Positions 53,501 through 63,457 of a stretch of DNA of 64,000 nucleotides are shown here, one piece after another (position 1 is the stretch's first letter; each line of letters starts with the position of its first letter). This DNA comes from an uncultured delta proteobacterium (GTDB lineage: Bacteria; Myxococcota; Myxococcia; Myxococcales; Myxococcaceae): assembly GCA_963771175.1 (NCBI GenBank), contig CAVYSY010000032.1, positions 384,001 through 448,000 on the forward strand, in the 5' to 3' direction. Position numbers and translations under genes: made by a program. Under the pieces are notes generated by a model that was given only the letters and a program-made list of their open reading frames with translations, did no database searches and was not told the DNA's origin.

Positions 53501-56147
53501 GCCGGAGCATCCAGCAGGAAGCGCGCCAGCCCGGCCCACGTCACCGTGGTGCTGGCCGTGGCGGTGAACGTCGGCATGTCCTTGTCCTGCGACCGTCACG
53601 GAATGCGCGAGCGCGCGCGCCGTCACCAGCGTCACGGGGAACTCCTTGATGCCCATGTCGGCGGCCGTGAAGGTGTACTCGCCCGGCAGCGTGGCCTTGC
53701 CGTCCGTGGAGGTGAAGCGCACCGTGCCGGTGTAGCTGGTATCGCGCACGTCGAAGCCGTCGAGCGCCTCGACCGTTACCATGGGCGTCTCGCCCGCCTT
53801 CATCGTGGCCGGCAGGCCCGTCAGCACCAGCTTGCCCGGGGGCACGGGGGTCACCTCCACCGCCAGCGTGTTGCTCGTCAGGCCGTCAGCCGAGGACGCG
53901 GTGAGGGTCCGCGAGCCCGTGGTGCGCAGGATGACGTCGGCGAAGGTGTACTGCGCCTTGTCGGCGGCGGTGAAGGCGTGGGAGGCCGGCAGCGTGGCGC
54001 TGGTGTCATCGGAGGCGAGCGACACCGTTCCGGTGTAGCCCTCCGCGAGGTTGTCGTAGGGGTCCAGCACCGTCACCGTCACGCTGTTCTTGGTGGTGGC
54101 GACCACCGAGGCCGGGCCCGACAGCACCAGGCGCGAGGCCGGGGCGTGGGTGATGTTGAAGAAGTTGCTGGTGGCGGGGGTGAGCGGGGTGCCCTCGGTG
54201 GTGCTGGCGGTGGCCTCCAGGGAGTAGTCCTTGCCCGCCTTGTCGATCCGCACGGCATTGGCGCCATCGAACGTGGCCACGCCATTGTTGGCGGTCACGG
54301 TGAAGGGACCGAAGCCCGAGACGCCCTTCACCGTGAGCGTCACGGTGAAGTTCGCGTTGCCCACGATGCGCCCGGCCGCGTCCTGGATGGCCACCGTGAC
54401 GGGGGGGAGAGCTGCGGCGAGCCGGCCGTCCCGTTGCGCGGCTGCTCGACGAAGACGAGCTTGGAGGCCGTCGGGAAGGGCGTGGAGGCCGAGCGCGTGA
54501 CGCTCGCGGCGTTGCCGATGTTGTCCAGCACCTTCAGCTCCACGTAGTAGGTGGTACCGGGAATGAGGCCCGGGAGCGTCACCGACTCGATGCTCGTTGG
54601 CCGGCTTGGGCTGGCCCAGGCTCACCGGAATGGCCCCGATGAAGTCCGGCGCGGTGGAGTAGCGGAACTCGTAGCTGCTCGCCTGCCCGAGCAGCCCGTC
54701 ATCGCCAACCGCCTTCCAACCGACGGTGATGGAGTCGATGCCGTTGACCGTCAGGGTGAGGTCCGGCGCGGCGGGCGCCACGTTGTCGGTGATGGTGAAG
54801 GCGTTGCTGGGGGCGGGGGTCAGCCCGACGCCCGAGGCCGTCAGCACGTAGCCCGAGTCATCCTCGGCGATGGAGAGGCCCGAGAAGGTGGCCACGCCAT
54901 CCACCGGCGACACGGGGACGAGGCCCGTCAACGTCCCAGTGGCCTTGTTGAGGCCGAGCGTCACCACCGGAGCGCTGGCGGCCACCCGGTTTCCAAAGGT
55001 GTCCGTCAGCGCCACCTGCACGCCGAACGTCTGGCGGATGAGGCGGTCGGCCGGCTGCCCGATGAAGGCGAGCGTCGTGGCGGCGCCCGCGACCACGCCC
55101 ACCTCCTGGGTGGAGCCAAGGGTCGCATCGTTTGCGTCCTTCACCGTCACCTGGCGCAGGCCGGCCTGCTTCAGCACGAGCGCGCCGGTGAAGACGTGGC
55201 GGCCCGCGTCGGCCGCGGTGAAGACGTAGTCCGTCGGCAGCGTGGCCGAGCCATCATCGGAGGAGAAGCGCACGGTGCCGGTGTAGCCCGTCACCACGTT
55301 GCCGAAGGCGTCCAGCGCGGACACCTCGGGGCTGAGCGCGGCACCCGCCGTCACTGTGGCCGCCACCTGCGCCACCGCCAGCGTGGCGGGCGCGGCGGGC
55401 GCCACGTCGAAGGACTGGCTCGTCGTGCCCGTCAGCCCCTCGCCGCTCGCCACCAGGGTGTAGCCCCGCGCGGCCTTCTTCAGCACCAGCTCGGAGAAGC
55501 GCGCCACGCCGTTCACCGCCGCCACCGACACCGTCCCCTCCAGGGCGGCCGCCGCCGGGCCGGAGCCGAGCGCCACCGTCACGGTGTTCGTGGCCCCCGT
55601 CATCGTCTCGCCATCCCCGTTCTGGATGGTGACCTCGAAGGCCCCGAGCACCGCGCCGGCCGTGCCGGTCGTGGGCGCCTGGGTGAAGGCCAGCTTGGAG
55701 GCCGGCAGCACGATGAACTCGAGGGAGGGCCGCGACGTCAGCGTCACCGGGCCGCCCTCGGCCTCCACCGAGGCCGTCACCGTCTTGATGCCGGCGACGG
55801 TGGACGACACCTTGGCGAACGGCCACGCCCAACGCGTCGGTGGTGCCCGCGGGCTGCAGCACCGTGTTGCCCTCACCGGAGACCGTCACCTTCACGGTGC
55901 GGCCTTCCAGCGCCGTCCCGTCCGCCTTGCGCACCGTCACCTTGATGTCGACGATGTCCTTGCCGTTGGCCCGGATCGCCTGGGCCTTGCTGGCCTCCAC
56001 CGCCGAGCGGTCCGCGTCCGGCATCTCACGCGTAGCCGGGGGCGCAACCGGATCCGCGCCACAACCCGCACCACACCCAACGGACAGACCGAGCAACAGC
56101 ACGCTCCACGCGATCAATCGCGCGAACGTGGGGGGGCCATGCTTCAT
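50506..56147 (-). CDS. Giant (~1900 aa) surface lipoprotein with Big_1/Ig-like repeats, two FN3-like domains, a Cys-rich module and two lamin-tail domains (several frameshifts)
   Basis: LSVGC lipobox; repeated D..GNV..GYTGTV.F.S.D..A.LP.DY.F; VGDDG..A.SYE.RYST twice; VSEVM/EYVEL and VISEF/EFIELYNP. Confidence 0.8.
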
Positions 56148-56200
56148 GAACAGCTCCAGGCAGGGGAAACCGCCCTCGCCCGCAGGCGGAGGGACAAGAA

Positions 56201-56226
56201 CGAAGTGTCTTTTAACAGACACTTCG
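56201..56226. promoter_or_regulatory. Perfect 10-bp inverted repeat (operator or leader hairpin)
   Basis: CGAAGTGTCT-TTTAAC-AGACACTTCG, about 54 bp upstream of the start at 56147. Confidence 0.6.
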
Positions 56227-56315
56227 CCCCTGGAGAAACCCGAGGCCCGGAGACACGGCCTCCCTACCTTTGACTCACAACCAATTGAGTCCCAACAGAA
56301 GGCCGCTCGACCGCT

Positions 56316-57116
56316 TCACATGCCCATGGCCTGGAGCATGAGACCGGAGCCGAGCAACGACTGGCCTCCGTCGCACACCATGATGGAGCCGGTGATGTAC
56401 GAGGCCGCATCCGACGCGAGGAAAAGCGCGAGTTGCGCGATGTCCTGCTTGGTACCGAAGCGCTGCAGGGGCAGGGCCTGGATGAGCTTCTGGCGGACGT
56501 CGTCGCCGGGGGCGAGCCGGCGCATGCCCTCGGTGTCGTCGATGGGGCCGGGGGTGATGGAGTTGAGGCGCACGCCCGCCCCACCCCACTCGATGGCCAG
56601 GGTGCGAGTGAGCATGTCCACGCCGGCCTTGGCGGCGCAGACGTGGGCCTGCATGGCCATGGGCAGGTAGGCCTGGGGCGCGGAGATGTTGATGATGGAG
56701 GCGCCCGGCTTGCGCAGGTGCTCGAAGGCGGCGCGGCACGCGTTGAAGGTGCCGAGCACGTCGATCTCCAGCACCGACTTGAAGCCGTTGGAGGACATGC
56801 CGATCGCCGGAGCGGGGAAGTTGCCGGCCGCGCCGCACACGAGGATGTCGAGCTCCCCATACGCGTCACGAGCCGCCTGGAAGCTCTTCTCCACGGCCTC
56901 GTAGTTGCGCACGTCCGCGGACACGCCCATGGCGGTGCCGTGGGCCTGGAGCCCCTTCACGGCGGCCTCCAGCTTCTCCACGTTGCGGCCGTTGATGACC
57001 ACCTTGGCGCCCGCCTTCACGAACGCCTCGGCGATACCGAGGTTGATGCCGCTGCTACCGCCGGTGACGAACGCCACCTTGCCTTGGAGCAGCCCCGGCT
57101 TGAACACGTCTGCCAT
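56316..57116 (-). CDS. SDR, 2,4-dienoyl-CoA reductase (DECR2/SPS19-like)
   Basis: TGGSSGIN, GAAGNFPAPA, QAHVCAAKAGVD and PGPIDDTEG. Confidence 0.88.
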   Translation of the reverse strand: MADVFKPGLLQGKVAFVTGGSSGINLGIAEAFVKAGAKVVINGRNVEKLEAAVKGLQAHGTAMGVSADVRNYEAVEKSFQAARDAYGELDILVCGAAGNFPAPAIGMSSNGFKSVLEIDVLGTFNACRAAFEHLRKPGASIINISAPQAYLPMAMQAHVCAAKAGVDMLTRTLAIEWGGAGVRLNSITPGPIDDTEGMRRLAPGDDVRQKLIQALPLQRFGTKQDIAQLALFLASDAASYITGSIMVCDGGQSLLGSGLMLQAMGM

Positions 57117-57121
57117 GTGAT

Positions 57122-57949
57122 TCATCTCCCCTGGAAGCGCGGAGGCCGCCGCTCGGCGAACGCGGCGAAAGCCTCAGCGAGATCATTCGACTGAAGGAAG
57201 GCGGAGTTCCACACCGCCACGTAGCGCAGGCCGTCCGCCACGGACTTGTCCGCGCAATACTCCATCACCTGCTTGGCCCCCTGGACGACGAGCGGCGGAT
57301 TGTCGGCGATCTTCCGCGCGGTGGCGCGCGCCGCGGTCAGCAGCTCCTCGGGGGTGGCGAAGACCTGGTTCACCAGGCCCATCTGGAGGGCGCGGTCCGC
57401 GTCGATGTCCCCGCCGGTATAGGCGAGCTCGCGGGTGTTCCCCTCGCCAATGATGCGCGGCAGCCGCTGCAGCGCGCCGAGGTCCGCGGTGATGCCCACG
57501 CGCACCTCGCGCAGGGAGAACTTCGCCTCCCGCGAGCAGTAGCGGAAGTCGCACGCGGCGATGAGGTCGATGCCGCCGCCAATGCACCAGCCGTGCACCG
57601 CCGCCAGCACCGGCTTGCGGCAACGGGCGAGGCCCTCGGTGGCGGCCTGCATCTTCTCGATGAGTTGGAGCAGCTTCGTGCGTTCCAGCGCGAGGTTGCC
57701 CTCCCCCAGCAGCAGCGGCCCGAGCGACTCCATCATCGCCATCAGGTCCAGACCGTAGGAGAAGTGGGCGCCGTCGCCGCGCAGGAGGATGACGCGCACC
57801 GACTCATCCGCGTCGAGCGCCCGGAGTGCCTCGGGCATCTCGCGCCAGAAGTCCGGCCCGAGCGCATTGCCCTTACCGGGGCCGGTGAGCACCACCTCGG
57901 CGATGCCATCCGCCTGCTCGATGCGAAGAGACTGGTATGCCGCCGTCAT
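57122..57949 (-). CDS. Crotonase family, delta3,5-delta2,4-dienoyl-CoA isomerase-like
   Basis: FSYGLDL, GWCIGGGIDL, ADLGALQRLP and VAVWNSAFL. Confidence 0.88.
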   Translation of the reverse strand: MTAAYQSLRIEQADGIAEVVLTGPGKGNALGPDFWREMPEALRALDADESVRVILLRGDGAHFSYGLDLMAMMESLGPLLLGEGNLALERTKLLQLIEKMQAATEGLARCRKPVLAAVHGWCIGGGIDLIAACDFRYCSREAKFSLREVRVGITADLGALQRLPRIIGEGNTRELAYTGGDIDADRALQMGLVNQVFATPEELLTAARATARKIADNPPLVVQGAKQVMEYCADKSVADGLRYVAVWNSAFLQSNDLAEAFAAFAERRPPRFQGR

Positions 57950-58022
57950 TCAGGCCCTCCCTCGCGGGGTGAGGGCGCCACTTGAGCAGAACGGGTGGGC
58001 AGCGTCCACGCCCGCGACGGGC

Positions 58023-61000
58023 TCAGCCGAACTCGACCACCTTCATGCCGAAGAGCCGCTCCACCGCGAGGATGAGGTCGTCGTCCACCTGCACCTTGAG
58101 CGCGATGTTGCCGATGAGGGCCTCGGCCTCGTTGGTGAACAGCAGGCTCACCGCCATCGGCGTGGCGCCGGCGTACTTCTTGGCGAGCTCCGCCAGCTTC
58201 GCCATCCGGTCCTCCGTGGCGAGGTCCACCGGCAGCCGCAGCTCCAGCCGCTTGGTGCGCTTCTCGCGCACGGCCTTGAGGCTCTGGATGTCCTCGACGA
58301 TGAGCTCCGCCACCGGCGTGTCCTCGTCGCGCTGGTTGATTTGAACGGTGCCCGTCACGAGGATGGGGTCATCGCTCTTGAGCAGCTGCTCCCAGTGCTC
58401 GAAGCCGGGCTTGGGCCCCGACTTCGTCCACTTGCCGTCCTTGCCCATGACGTTCCGGGTGCCGTCCTTGCCCGGGAAGCACACCAGCTCGAGGGAGCCG
58501 GACAGGTCCTCCAGCGTCACCCACGCCATGCGCTTGCCCGTCTTGGTGGGCCGCTCGCGCAGCGCCGCCACGACGCCGGCGATGGTGAGCTTCTCGTCCT
58601 TGCGCGCGCGCGCCACCGCGGTGATGGGCCGCGCGTAGCGCTTGAGCTCCTTGTCGTACTGGTGCAGCGGGTGGCCCGACACGTAGAAGCCGATGGCCTC
58701 CTTCTCCAGGGAGAGGCGCTCCTTCTCCGGCCACTCCTCCACCTGGACGTAGTCGTCCTTCGTCGCGCCGCCACCCGACCCGCCGCCTCCGAGCATGCCG
58801 AACAGCGAGCTCTGCCCCGCGGCCTTGTCCTTCTGGCTGCTGGAGCCGCGGCCCATCGCGCGCTCGATGCTCTCGAAGATCTGGCGCCGCGGGCGATTCT
58901 CGAAGTCGAAGGAGCCCGCCTTCACCAGCGCTTCCAGCACCTTCCGGTTCACCTTCCGCGAATCCACGCGCTCGCAGAAGTCGAACAGGCTCTTGAAGGG
59001 CCCTTCCTTACGGGCCTCGACGATGGCCTCGATGGCGCCCTCGCCCACGCCCTTGATGGCACCCAGGCCGAAGCGGATCTTCCCCTCCACCGCGCCGAAG
59101 GCCATGTCCGACTGGTTCACGTCCGGCGGCAGCACCTGCACGCCCGACTGGCGCGCCTCGCCGATGTGCAGCACCACCTTGTCGGTGTTTTCCTTCTCAC
59201 TCGTGAGAAGGGCCGCCATGAACTCCACGCGGTAGTGCGCCTTGAGCCACGCCGTGTGGATGGTGACCAGGCCGTAGGCCGCGGAGTGGCTCTTGTTGAA
59301 GCCGTACTCGGCGAACTTCTCCATGAGGTCGAAGATTTCACCGGCGACCTTGAGGTCGACGTTGTTGTTCTTGCAGCCCTCGAGGAAGCCGGCCCGCTCG
59401 GCCTGCATGACCTCGGCCTTCTTCTTGCCCATCGCGCGGCGCAGCAGGTCCGCGCGGCCCAGGGTGTAGCCTCCCAGCACCTGGGAGATCTGCATCACCT
59501 GTTCCTGGTAGACGATGACGCCGTAGGTGTCCTTGAGGACGGGCTCCAGCGCGGGGTGCGGGTACACCACCGGCTCGCGGCCGTGCTTGCGGTTGATGAA
59601 GACGTCCACCATGCCCGAGTCGAGCGGACCCGGGCGATAGAGCGCGCCGGCGGCGACGACGTCCTCGAAGCAGGACGGCTTGAGCTTCATCACCATTTCG
59701 GTGAAGCCGCTGGACTCCATCTGGAAGACGCCGGCCGTGTCGCCCTCGGCCATCAGCTTCCAGACCTCCGCGTCACCCTGCAGCGGGATGTCCTCGCGCA
59801 GGATGGGCTTGCCGCCCGGAGGGTTGCGGTTGATGAGGTTGAGCGCGTTCTGGATGACGGTGAGCGTCTTGAGGCCGAGGAAGTCGAACTTCACCAGGCC
59901 CGCGGCCTCCACCTCGTCCTTGGCGAACTGGGTGATGAGGAAGCTCTCCCCCGGGGGCTGATAGGTGGGGACGAACTCCCACAGCGGCTTGTCGGCGATG
60001 ACGACGCCGGCCGCGTGCATGCCGGGCTGGCGGTGCAGGCCCTCCAGCGCGAGGGAGATTTCCAGCACGTCCTTGGTGGTGACGTCCTTGCCGTCCACCT
60101 GCCCGATGGCGGTGGGCTTCTCCATCATCTCCTTGAGGCGCGGCTCCTGCTCGATGGCCTCCTTGAGGGTGATGCCGAGCACCTCGGGCACCAGCTTGGC
60201 GATGCGGTCACCCTCGCTGAAGGGCAGCGCGAACACGCGGCACACGTCGCGCAGCACGCTCTTGGCCTTGAGCGAGCCGAAGGTGATGATCTGCCCGACG
60301 TTGTTCTCGCCGTACTTGCGACCCACGTACTTGATGACCTCCTCGCGCCGGTCCTGGCAGAAGTCGACGTCGAAGTCGGGCATCGAGACGCGCTCAGGGT
60401 TGAGGAAGCGCTCGAAGAGGAGGTTGTACGGCAGCGGGTCCAGGTCGGTGATGCGCAGGCAGTAGGCCACCAGCGAACCGGCGCCCGAGCCACGGCCCGG
60501 CCCCACGGGGATGCCGTGCTCCTTCGCCCAGTTGATGAAGTCCTGGACGATGAGGAAGTAGCCGCTGAAGCCCATCTTCTTGATGACGCCCAGCTCCAGC
60601 TCCAGACGGGCCTTGTAGGGCTCGCGGTCCACGGGAGGCTGGTTCGCGCGGTAGCGCGCCAGGTCGATTTCCTTGAAGCGCTCCTCGAGGTTCTTGCGCG
60701 CCAGCTCCACCATGAAGCTGTCGGCGTCATAGCCCTCGGGCACCTGGAAGGTGGGCAGCATGGGCTTGCCCAGCTTCAGCTCCAGGTTGATCTGCTCGAC
60801 GATGCGCTGGGTGTTGTGGACGGCCTCGGGCGTGTCCTTGAAGTACTCCAGCATCTCCTGGGGGCTCGTGACGTAGAGCTTGTCCGTGGAGTGCTTCATG
60901 CGCTTGCCGTCGGCGAGCGTCTTGCCGCTGGCGATGCACATGAGGAGCTCGTGTGCGCGCGCGTCCTCACGCTTGATGTAGTGCGCGTCCGCGGTGGCGC

Positions 61001-61595
61001 ACAGCGGGACGTCGATGTCCCGGCTGAGCTGCTTGAGGTTTTCGTTGGCCTTCTCCTGCTCGGGCATCCCGTTGGACTGCACCTCGAGGAAGAACTGGCC
61101 GGGCTCGAAGATCTCCTTGTACTCGAGCGCCGCCCTGCGGGCGTGGTCCATGTCCCCGCGGAAGGCCGCGCCGGTGACCTCGCCACCCAGGCACGCGGTG
61201 AGCGCGAAGAGGCCCTTGCTGTGGTTCTTGAGGAGCTGCTTGTCGATGCGCGGGTGGTAGTAGAAGCCCTCGCGGTAGGCCATGGACGAGAGGTACTTGA
61301 GGTTGTCGTACCCGTCCTTGTTCTTGGCCAGCAGGATGAGGTGGTGGCCCACCTTCTCCGTGCGGTCCTGCCTCCCCTTGGGGCCGGCGACGTAGGTCTC
61401 CATGCCGATGATCGGCTTGATGCCCGCGTCCTTGGCCTTCTTGTAGAAGTCGATGGTGGCGAACATGTTGCCGTGATCCGTCACGGCCACGCTCGTCATC
61501 CCCTTCTCCTTCACCGTCTTGATGAGGTCCTTCATCCGGATCGCCCCATCGAGGAGCGAGTACAGGGAGTGCAGATGGAGATGGGTAAAGGACAT
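58023..61595 (-). CDS. dnaE: DNA polymerase III alpha subunit
   Basis: HLHLHS.YSLLDG PHP domain, GRGSGAGS, RVSMPDFDVD, HAAGVVI, KFDFLGL and YGFNKSH. Confidence 0.97.
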   Translation of the reverse strand: MSFTHLHLHSLYSLLDGAIRMKDLIKTVKEKGMTSVAVTDHGNMFATIDFYKKAKDAGIKPIIGMETYVAGPKGRQDRTEKVGHHLILLAKNKDGYDNLKYLSSMAYREGFYYHPRIDKQLLKNHSKGLFALTACLGGEVTGAAFRGDMDHARRAALEYKEIFEPGQFFLEVQSNGMPEQEKANENLKQLSRDIDVPLCATADAHYIKREDARAHELLMCIASGKTLADGKRMKHSTDKLYVTSPQEMLEYFKDTPEAVHNTQRIVEQINLELKLGKPMLPTFQVPEGYDADSFMVELARKNLEERFKEIDLARYRANQPPVDREPYKARLELELGVIKKMGFSGYFLIVQDFINWAKEHGIPVGPGRGSGAGSLVAYCLRITDLDPLPYNLLFERFLNPERVSMPDFDVDFCQDRREEVIKYVGRKYGENNVGQIITFGSLKAKSVLRDVCRVFALPFSEGDRIAKLVPEVLGITLKEAIEQEPRLKEMMEKPTAIGQVDGKDVTTKDVLEISLALEGLHRQPGMHAAGVVIADKPLWEFVPTYQPPGESFLITQFAKDEVEAAGLVKFDFLGLKTLTVIQNALNLINRNPPGGKPILREDIPLQGDAEVWKLMAEGDTAGVFQMESSGFTEMVMKLKPSCFEDVVAAGALYRPGPLDSGMVDVFINRKHGREPVVYPHPALEPVLKDTYGVIVYQEQVMQISQVLGGYTLGRADLLRRAMGKKKAEVMQAERAGFLEGCKNNNVDLKVAGEIFDLMEKFAEYGFNKSHSAAYGLVTIHTAWLKAHYRVEFMAALLTSEKENTDKVVLHIGEARQSGVQVLPPDVNQSDMAFGAVEGKIRFGLGAIKGVGEGAIEAIVEARKEGPFKSLFDFCERVDSRKVNRKVLEALVKAGSFDFENRPRRQIFESIERAMGRGSSSQKDKAAGQSSLFGMLGGGGSGGGATKDDYVQVEEWPEKERLSLEKEAIGFYVSGHPLHQYDKELKRYARPITAVARARKDEKLTIAGVVAALRERPTKTGKRMAWVTLEDLSGSLELVCFPGKDGTRNVMGKDGKWTKSGPKPGFEHWEQLLKSDDPILVTGTVQINQRDEDTPVAELIVEDIQSLKAVREKRTKRLELRLPVDLATEDRMAKLAELAKKYAGATPMAVSLLFTNEAEALIGNIALKVQVDDDLILAVERLFGMKVVEFG

Positions 61596-61968
61596 GGCTC
61601 GAAAGTAGTCAGGAAGAGGGGCTACAGCATCACAATTGTTCAGGGTCGGGGCGCTCGCCAGTTCCCGTCCGGGCAATGCGACCGGGGCCGGAAAATCGGC
61701 CTCGGCGCGTTGTGGCATGCCCCATACGGGCCGTGAAGGAGCCATCAGGTCGGGCAGCACACAGCCTGCCACCTGGGGTGGGCTCCGGGCGCTCGCCGGG
61801 TCGGTCGCTGGGGAGGCGGGCCCCGCGGAGGGCTCCCGCGCGGGCTTCACACTTCTTTACGCCACGCACAAGCGCCCGAAATGGGCCCCTCGCATCCTGT
61901 GAACCGTCGCCGATTGTCGGCGTCCTCGGACAGAGAGCGGGGCCTTCGAGGCCCCTGGAGCATACGCC

Positions 61969-62442
61969 ATGACCACGAAGAACAAGATCCTCGTCGCCGG
62001 TTCCGCCGTCCTCGCCTTCGTCCTCCTGACGGGCTTCCGCGGCGGGCACATGGGCTGGGGCGGCCCGCGCGACCCCGAGCGCGTGAAGCAGATGATCTCC
62101 TGGAAGGTGGATGACCGCCTGGACGAGCTGAAGGCCACCGACGCCCAGAAGCAGGCCATCCACGGGCTGAAGGACTCGCTCTTCGAGGACGGCAAGCGCC
62201 TCTTCGAGGAGCAGAAGGGAGCCCGGACCGAGATGTTGAACCAGTGGGAGTCGCCCAACCCGGACGCCAAGGCCGTGCACGCCCTGGTGGACGCGCGCCT
62301 GGACGCCTTCCGCGCCTTCGCCCACAAGGTGGCGGACGCCGCGCTGGAGGCCCACCGCATCCTCACCCCGGAGCAGCGGAAGCAGGTCACCGCCGAGGTC
62401 CGTGAGCACATGGAGGCCCGTGGGCACATGAACGGTCGCTAG
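61969..62442 (+). CDS. Spy/CpxP family periplasmic chaperone
   Basis: Signal peptide, L.ATDAQK and ILTPEQR motifs. Confidence 0.82.
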   Translation: MTTKNKILVAGSAVLAFVLLTGFRGGHMGWGGPRDPERVKQMISWKVDDRLDELKATDAQKQAIHGLKDSLFEDGKRLFEEQKGARTEMLNQWESPNPDAKAVHALVDARLDAFRAFAHKVADAALEAHRILTPEQRKQVTAEVREHMEARGHMNGR

Positions 62443-62539
62443 CACTCATTCGCACCCGATAGCCCGCGGATGCACACATTGAGGGCTATCGGGTGCAGCG
62501 CCCCCTCCGGGGCACGTCTTCTGTGAGTACCCTGGAGGG

Positions 62540-63337
62540 GTGACCCAGAACTACGCAGAGTACGCCCGCCGCATCCGCGGCTACTTCGAGATCGCCGATG
62601 TGAACGAGTACGCCCGAGTCGTGGAGGGGGATGTCGAGTACCCACTCTTCCGGCTCATGGTGCCCGGCGAACGTTGGCTGGTCATCACCTCGGGCTTCCA
62701 CGGCGAGGAGCCCGCCGGCCCGCTCACGCTGGCGCACTACTTCGCCGACATCGCCGCCTACGCCCGCGAGCGCGACGTGGGCCTGCGCGTGTACCCGTGC
62801 ATCAACCCCTCGGGCTTCGAGGACGGCACCCGCTACAACCGCAGCGGAGAGAAGCCCAACAACGACTTCATGCGCTACGAGACGTCCCCCGGCGAGTGGA
62901 AGGGCGAGCTGCCGCGCGACGAGCCCTTCCTGCGCTGGGCGCTCTACGACGGCGGCCCCAAGGAGACGCGCGCAGTGCGCTCGGACATCGCGCGCTACCC
63001 CGCTCCCGCCGCCGCGCTGGACATCCACCAGGACAACTATCTGCCGGGTGCCGCTACCTACGCCTATACCTTCGGGGACAAGAGCGCCTACCGGCCCCTC
63101 ATGGAGGCCGCCTCGGTGCACGCCCGCGTCATCCGCGACGAGAAGGTGGACGAGCACAACCGCACCGACCCGGACGGCCTCATCGAGTACCACGATGGAA
63201 GCGTCACCGATTACTTCATGCGCAGCGGCGTGCTCTACACCGCGGCGTTGGAGACGACCACCCGGACTCCGCTAGAAGCCTGCCACGCCATCAACCTCAT
63301 CTGGATTCGCGGCTTCATCGACCTGGCCGCGCGCTGA
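62540..63337 (+). CDS. M14/AstE-like zinc carboxypeptidase or deacylase
   Basis: GFHGEE, INPSG, LDIH and LET. Confidence 0.78.
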   Translation: MTQNYAEYARRIRGYFEIADVNEYARVVEGDVEYPLFRLMVPGERWLVITSGFHGEEPAGPLTLAHYFADIAAYARERDVGLRVYPCINPSGFEDGTRYNRSGEKPNNDFMRYETSPGEWKGELPRDEPFLRWALYDGGPKETRAVRSDIARYPAPAAALDIHQDNYLPGAATYAYTFGDKSAYRPLMEAASVHARVIRDEKVDEHNRTDPDGLIEYHDGSVTDYFMRSGVLYTAALETTTRTPLEACHAINLIWIRGFIDLAAR

Positions 63338-63457
63338 AGCACCGGGGAGCTCCACTTGCCACCAGCGGGGGCTCCCCGCACACTGCATCCTTCGATAAGT
63401 GTCCTCGACGCTCGTGCGGGAGCGCCAGGGTCGGGCGCACTCGCCTGGAGGAATGCC

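Noticed and set aside
58023..61595. Intein in dnaE
   Set aside because: Normal length (about 1190 aa) and no splice or homing endonuclease motifs.
57789..61736. Long antisense and alternate-frame ORFs (for example 57789..61736 +, 31346..34546 -, 50689..53649 +, 39129..41315 -)
   Set aside because: Shadow ORFs expected from high GC3 codon bias opposite well-supported genes; they carry no recognisable motifs.
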